Source: Bdellovibrionales bacterium (GTDB lineage Bacteria; Bdellovibrionota; UBA1018; CAIMNF01). From it: a stretch of 64,000 nucleotides of DNA. Of the stretch, positions 59,557-64,000 are shown piece by piece (within the stretch, counting starts at the first letter, position 1; each line of letters begins with the position of its first letter). The stretch lies in the NCBI GenBank assembly GCA_947372355.1, contig CANBTI010000003.1:1438-65437 (forward strand). The letters run 5' to 3'. The notes under the pieces were generated by a model, which searched no databases, was not told the origin of the DNA, and worked only from the letters and a program-made list of their open reading frames with translations. The translations under genes and the position numbers were made by a program.

Positions 59557-60729
59557 TTACTTCTTATTCAGGGTTCGATCGATAATTTCAATCCAGAGGT
59601 TAGTTGGCAATCCGCCTTCGAGTTTTTTGCCATTGATGAAAAAAGTAGGAGTAGATTGAATTTTTACTATTTCTGCTAAACTTACGTCGCGCTGAATTTT
59701 TTCAACTGTACTAGGCAGTTTGGTACATTCTTTTAATTTTCCCAAATCAATCCCAGGAATGGATGATAATAAATCAGCAATTTTTCCAGCCTCAAAATCT
59801 TTTTGTTTATCAAAAAGAATTTCATAAGCATCCGCAAATTTTCCTTGTTGATGAGCACAGATTGCAACAGTAGCGGCTTCACATGCAAACTCATGCATCT
59901 TGTTTTTAATTTGAGGATTGCATCCCATATCGAGTGGAAAATTCACAAACGCAAATTTAATATCATTAGGGTAGCGCTTCATCAATGGATGAACCGCATT
60001 TGCAGCCATCTTACAAGCTGGACATTGAAAATCACTAAATTTTACAATGGTGATAGATGCATTCGGATTGCCCATGGTTGGAACATCGGAAGGGATTTCT
60101 AATGGTGTAACGGGTGCGGAGAGTACACTTTCCACAATATCGTTCATGTCTTCTTTTTTTATTCCATCTTGCGGGTTCATTCCTTTTGAAATCAAGAAAG
60201 CAGCCACCAATGAAATTGCTCCAGCTCCAAAAAGTTGAGGGATATTTAAACCGGTTGAAGGAACGTACTGATCTTCTTCAGTGGGAAGAGAAAGTGTGAT
60301 TCCAAGCAATGCAAGATTAATAACATCAACACCTAAACAGATAATGCAAAGCTTTCCGATCTTGCCGATCATGATTGCGAGATATCCAATCGAAAAAGCA
60401 ACTGCAATCAAAGTAAAAATTAGTAAAAGTTTACGAATATTTTTGCGAAGGGTTTCGCTATATCCATAAAGAGATAAAATAAGAATGAGTAAGTAACCTG
60501 CAACCGCAAATCCTGAAACTGGGAAACCTCCCAAAAACTCTGAGTAAGAACTCATTTCAATTGCGGTACAATCAAAGGTTTGGCCGATGTTACAAAACGA
60601 ATGCCCATCTCCCATCCCACTTCGAGTGACGTAAAATAATCTAGTTTGCCAAATGGATACAATGGCTCCAACGGCACTAAAGATATTGATGAGGATTAAT
60701 TTTTTATTGAAACTTTTTAATGAACTCAT
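59557..60729 (-). CDS. vitamin K epoxide reductase (VKOR) domain fused to a DsbA-like thioredoxin domain
   Basis: VKOR loop cysteines 'FCNIGQTFDC' and TM CxxC 'KLCIICLG'. C-terminal thioredoxin active site 'FQCPACK'. Confidence 0.7.
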   Translation of the reverse strand: MSSLKSFNKKLILINIFSAVGAIVSIWQTRLFYVTRSGMGDGHSFCNIGQTFDCTAIEMSSYSEFLGGFPVSGFAVAGYLLILILSLYGYSETLRKNIRKLLLIFTLIAVAFSIGYLAIMIGKIGKLCIICLGVDVINLALLGITLSLPTEEDQYVPSTGLNIPQLFGAGAISLVAAFLISKGMNPQDGIKKEDMNDIVESVLSAPVTPLEIPSDVPTMGNPNASITIVKFSDFQCPACKMAANAVHPLMKRYPNDIKFAFVNFPLDMGCNPQIKNKMHEFACEAATVAICAHQQGKFADAYEILFDKQKDFEAGKIADLLSSIPGIDLGKLKECTKLPSTVEKIQRDVSLAEIVKIQSTPTFFINGKKLEGGLPTNLWIEIIDRTLNKK

Positions 60730-61550
60730 ATTTTCCCTGCTTTAAAAATTAGATATTCTGCAAATAATAAAATCAAAATTCCACTTCCGATTTTCACTCG
60801 ATTCATCCAATGTCCCGCTCTTGGAAGTTTTTGAAGTGTTCCCGCAAACGTGGCTATTAGTATTAAAATTGTGCCTAGTCCGAATGCAAAAGACAACATC
60901 AAGCCTAAGCCTAAAATAACGGATTGGGTTTGGGCGATGAATCCTAAAATGGCGGTGAGAACTGGGGTGGTGCAAGGGGCGGCAATAAATCCGGAAGAGG
61001 CCCCAAGGATAAAGGCGCTGAGAATAGTCGCTTCTTTTTCAGTGTTGTGTTTATTCGAAGAAGTTAGTCCCATTTTTCTTTTGAGTTGTTCCAAAAGTGC
61101 TTGTGGATCAATGGGTAAAATATCCATCATCATGAGTGCTGCGAAGGTCATGATCCCACCTAGAGTGAGATACCATCCAGCAGTATTGGTAAAACTGCCA
61201 AAAACCTGACCAGTAATTCCTGCAAGCACGCCTAAAAATGAGTACACCACAGACATGCCGAAAACGTATGCAAGCCCACGAGTAAGAATTGCGCGAGTGT
61301 TTCTTTCTTGGGCATTGTGCTGTAATCCGCCTACCACGCCGACAGTGATTGGAATCATGGGATAGATGCAAGGAGTGAGACTAGACAAAATTCCGCCGAT
61401 GTAAGCTAGAGCAAGGGCAATCAAAGCACCACCTATAGAACCACTATGCAGTAAGTTTTCGATCCGGTTTGCGAGTTCATTCATGTTAAAATATTTATCA
61501 TGACCACCAGATTCATGCATAGTGTTGTTTTGTTTTTCTTGACGTTTCAT
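60726..61550 (-). CDS. ccdA: CcdA/DsbD-family transmembrane thiol-disulfide electron transporter
   Basis: 'SLTPCIYPMIPITVGV' and the second conserved Cys in 'IAAPCTTPVLTAI'. 4-bp overlap with the VKOR gene. Confidence 0.7.
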   Translation of the reverse strand: MKRQEKQNNTMHESGGHDKYFNMNELANRIENLLHSGSIGGALIALALAYIGGILSSLTPCIYPMIPITVGVVGGLQHNAQERNTRAILTRGLAYVFGMSVVYSFLGVLAGITGQVFGSFTNTAGWYLTLGGIMTFAALMMMDILPIDPQALLEQLKRKMGLTSSNKHNTEKEATILSAFILGASSGFIAAPCTTPVLTAILGFIAQTQSVILGLGLMLSFAFGLGTILILIATFAGTLQKLPRAGHWMNRVKIGSGILILLFAEYLIFKAGKI

Positions 61551-62978
61551 TCAAGTTCGTTTGCGGAAACGTTAACGGTGCAGTTTGGTTCAGAGCCAAC
61601 GCAATTTGACCCATTATTTATGGAAGATGGAACTGCGCTGCGTATTGCCGCAAACGTGATTGCGACACCCTATGAGTATGATGGTGCCGGTAATAGAAGA
61701 AAAAATTTAGTCAGTCATATTTCATTAAGTAAGGATAAAAGAAAATACACGATCAAATTTAAAAAAGATCTTAAGTGGTCTGATGGAGTGAAGTTTCATG
61801 CAAGCCAGTTTGTTGCTGCGGTTCAGCGCTTGGTAAAAGAGCCCGTAAAAGGTGCACTTTCTGAATTGTTTCCGACGATAGATCTTACCACAACAAAAGC
61901 AATTGATTCACTCACTGCGATGGTCACGCTCAAAACCCCCGATGCCCAATTTGAAAACTGGCTCACTCTTCCACCTTTTGCTCCGATTAGAGAAGAAATG
62001 ATCGGAGAGTTTGCAAAACATAATCCTTTGGTTCCAACATTGGCGGCATATCAAGTGGTTGAGTATAAGCGTGAAGATTATTTAGTACTCAAAAAAAATC
62101 CTGAATTTAGAGAGAAGGATTCGAATAATGTTGATCAAGTTAAAATTCGATTTTTAAAAGATGAGTCTGCATCTCTGGCACTTTTAAAAACTGGAGATGT
62201 GGATATTTTAACGAAAGTTCCAGTATTGCAATTAGAGCAAATTAAAAAGATTTCTCATGTAAGCGAAGTGTTGGTGGAGGCGATCACTTATCTTGGGTTA
62301 AACACTAAAAAGGCTCCATTTAATGATTTGAATAATCGTCGTTCTTTATTGAGTGCCATTTTTTCTAAAAGGACTGAGCTTGCTAAAATTTTAAACACGG
62401 GTGAGTTGCCAGCTGGAATGTTTTTGCCTTCCATTTTAATTCCAACCGCTTTCCAGGCACAAGCGATCGGATTGAAGCAAAGTGAAAAACCAATTCGAGG
62501 GATTGAGTTTCAAGTTCAAAGTGATGGTGGGTCTAGAAACCAAACGATATTGGAATATATTCAAAGTGTTCTTAAGGATGAGTATCGCTGGAAAATGAAA
62601 ATTGATATGATGGATTGGAAAGCCCATTACGCAAAGTTAAAGGTTGATTCTGATGAAGTATTTCGCTTTGGTTGGCAAAATCCTGTGAGTGATCCATTTG
62701 TCATGTACCAAGTTTTGCAGAGTAAGAGTGCTAATAATTTTACGGGTTGGTCTAATGCTGAATATGATCAATTAGTAAATGAGTTGAGACAAGAAACCAT
62801 GATGGTAAAAAAGGCTAAATTAATAGGAAAAATTGAAGGAATATTGCTGAGAGAAGCGCCTGTTGTTCCGCTTTTGCATCAAGTGTTGAGATTTGCAAAT
62901 TCCAAACGGGTTCTCGGCTTCCGTGCGAACCCGTTTGGTGTAGTTTTGTTTCGCGAGATCCATCTCGCTAAAAACTAA
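61500..62978 (+). CDS. ABC transporter substrate-binding protein, family 5 (peptide/nickel type), orphan
   Basis: Signal peptide, then 'LTVQFGSEPTQFDPL' and a C-terminal lobe typical of SBP_bac_5. No adjacent permease genes. The start may be the downstream Met at about 61515. Confidence 0.65.
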   Translation: MTTRFMHSVVLFFLTFHSSSFAETLTVQFGSEPTQFDPLFMEDGTALRIAANVIATPYEYDGAGNRRKNLVSHISLSKDKRKYTIKFKKDLKWSDGVKFHASQFVAAVQRLVKEPVKGALSELFPTIDLTTTKAIDSLTAMVTLKTPDAQFENWLTLPPFAPIREEMIGEFAKHNPLVPTLAAYQVVEYKREDYLVLKKNPEFREKDSNNVDQVKIRFLKDESASLALLKTGDVDILTKVPVLQLEQIKKISHVSEVLVEAITYLGLNTKKAPFNDLNNRRSLLSAIFSKRTELAKILNTGELPAGMFLPSILIPTAFQAQAIGLKQSEKPIRGIEFQVQSDGGSRNQTILEYIQSVLKDEYRWKMKIDMMDWKAHYAKLKVDSDEVFRFGWQNPVSDPFVMYQVLQSKSANNFTGWSNAEYDQLVNELRQETMMVKKAKLIGKIEGILLREAPVVPLLHQVLRFANSKRVLGFRANPFGVVLFREIHLAKN

Positions 62979-63337
62979 GCGTAAACTTTTTCTTTGTGTT
63001 CGTGCATTTCTTGGCAACTCACACAAAAAGTTGAGAACGGGCGAGCTTCCAAGCGACGTTTCTCAATTGTTTCTTCGCAAGCTTCACATTCACCGAAAGA
63101 ACCATCATGAATGCGCTTTAACGCAGTATTGATCTTAGCGATCATTACGCGTTCGCGATTGCGAAGTTCGAACGTGAGACTTTGGTTGATTTCACTGGCT
63201 GCTAGATCTGCCTCATCCGGAAGATCATCCGGTGAGATGTTCAGGTCGTTCTTAATGCTGGCTTTACTGTTCTCGAGTAAACGATCACGTTCTGCTAGCA
63301 AAATATTTTTGAACTTACTGATGGTTTGCGTGTTCAT
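62975..63337 (-). CDS. dksA: DksA/TraR-family C4 zinc-finger transcription factor
   Basis: 120 aa. Coiled-coil N-terminus. 'CEACEETIEKRRLEARPFSTFCVSC' C4 finger. Confidence 0.75.
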   Translation of the reverse strand: MNTQTISKFKNILLAERDRLLENSKASIKNDLNISPDDLPDEADLAASEINQSLTFELRNRERVMIAKINTALKRIHDGSFGECEACEETIEKRRLEARPFSTFCVSCQEMHEHKEKVYA

Positions 63338-63623
63338 TCTACATTACCTCCCCTGATTCCGTAGTTGATAAACTAACACCCCATTCTAAGTTCCGACGCG
63401 TACTGCTGCGCGGGCTCATCCTTAAGCTTTGTCGGGAGTACTGCAGTCCGACAAAATTTAGACGGTTTAGAAGTATTTATAAGGATACCTAAGATCGTTC
63501 AATCTATTTATATTGAAGATTTTATTAGATAGACCATATCTGTCGGGTATCAGGCCTAAATCAAATGAAGGAGTAATGCGAAAAATGCAGAAAAAAAGCC
63601 GAAAATGAGTCATTCTGGTCAAC

Positions 63624-64000
63624 ATGTCATCATCAAAGAGTAATCCAAAAACATCGATCATCATCTTGGCTGCGGGTTTAGGAAAGAGAATGCACTCATC
63701 CTTGCCAAAGGTTTTAGTTCCGGTTTGTGGTCGACCAATGCTTTTTAATTCACTCACTCAGTTAGAATCGGTAGTTCCAAATGCAAGAGTAGCAATTGTG
63801 GTGGGCCACCAAAAAGAAAAAGTAATTGAGCAGGTGAACGCACAAAAATTTAAACTTCAAATCGATTATGTAGAACAGGCTGAGCAAAAGGGTACTGGGC
63901 ATGCTGTAAAGTGTGCGATGTCTAGTGAATGGGGAAAAAGAGCAGTTGCTAATAAAGAAAATGTTTTTGTTTTATCAGGTGATCTCCCTCTCCTTTCTGC
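63624..64000 (+). CDS. glmU: bifunctional GlmU (N-terminal uridyltransferase domain), 3'-truncated by the window end
   Basis: Not in the ORF track because there is no stop codon. The translation MSSSKSNPKTSIIILAAGLGKRMHSSLPKVLVPVCGRPML... matches the GlmU N-terminus (LAAGxGxRM, PKVLH). Confidence 0.75.
   Translation, partial: MSSSKSNPKTSIIILAAGLGKRMHSSLPKVLVPVCGRPMLFNSLTQLESVVPNARVAIVVGHQKEKVIEQVNAQKFKLQIDYVEQAEQKGTGHAVKCAMSSEWGKRAVANKENVFVLSGDLPLLS

Noticed and set aside
63467-63757. 96-aa minus-strand ORF
   Set aside because: It overlaps the N-terminus of a plus-strand ORF (63624..window end) whose translation is an unmistakable GlmU uridyltransferase domain. That ORF was absent from the ORF track only because it has no stop codon within the window.

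Overview
This 64-kb window comes from a low-GC (roughly 38-40% by eye) diderm bacterium with tightly packed genes. Its backbone is a large, unusually elaborate type IV pilus (T4P) / pseudopilin locus interleaved with housekeeping genes. The T4P parts are as follows. pilB is on the minus strand. A glycosyltransferase plus two methyltransferases follow. Then come three tandem large Cys-rich pilin genes and a GldA/F/G-like ABC system. Next is an ExeA-like AAA ATPase and pilM, an OmpA-like peptidoglycan-binding protein, then pilN-pilO-pilP-pilQ, all translationally coupled. A GT-C-like TPR membrane protein sits downstream of pilC on the minus strand. Three pseudopilins follow, and a divergently transcribed 1009-aa NHL-repeat lipoprotein with an 18-bp coding VNTR. 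A separate 512-aa LamG-domain pseudopilin lies at the left end. Housekeeping content includes tRNA-Phe, groES-groEL, a LemA-TPM-TPM trio, Hsp33 and a PhaR-like regulator. There is an Opp/Dpp-type ABC importer (BCDF), PCD, an SDR, P5C dehydrogenase and an M32 carboxypeptidase. Also present are an NtrY/NtrX-like sigma54 two-component pair, proS, pyrF, a TrmH-family methyltransferase, TatD and a VKOR-DsbA fusion with CcdA. An orphan family-5 substrate-binding protein, dksA and the 5' end of glmU complete the right side. I found no CRISPR array, transposase, integrase or phage genes. The most interesting candidates are four. First, a putative pilin-glycosylation pathway (DPM1-like GT2, two methyltransferases and a GT-C/TPR enzyme) embedded in the pilus locus. 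Second, the triplicated Cys-rich pilins. Third, the LamG-pseudopilin paralog pair plus the NHL-repeat protein. Fourth, a pair of secreted CxxCH proteins, one a putative beta-barrel. All calls rest on reading motifs in the supplied translations; no database searches were run.
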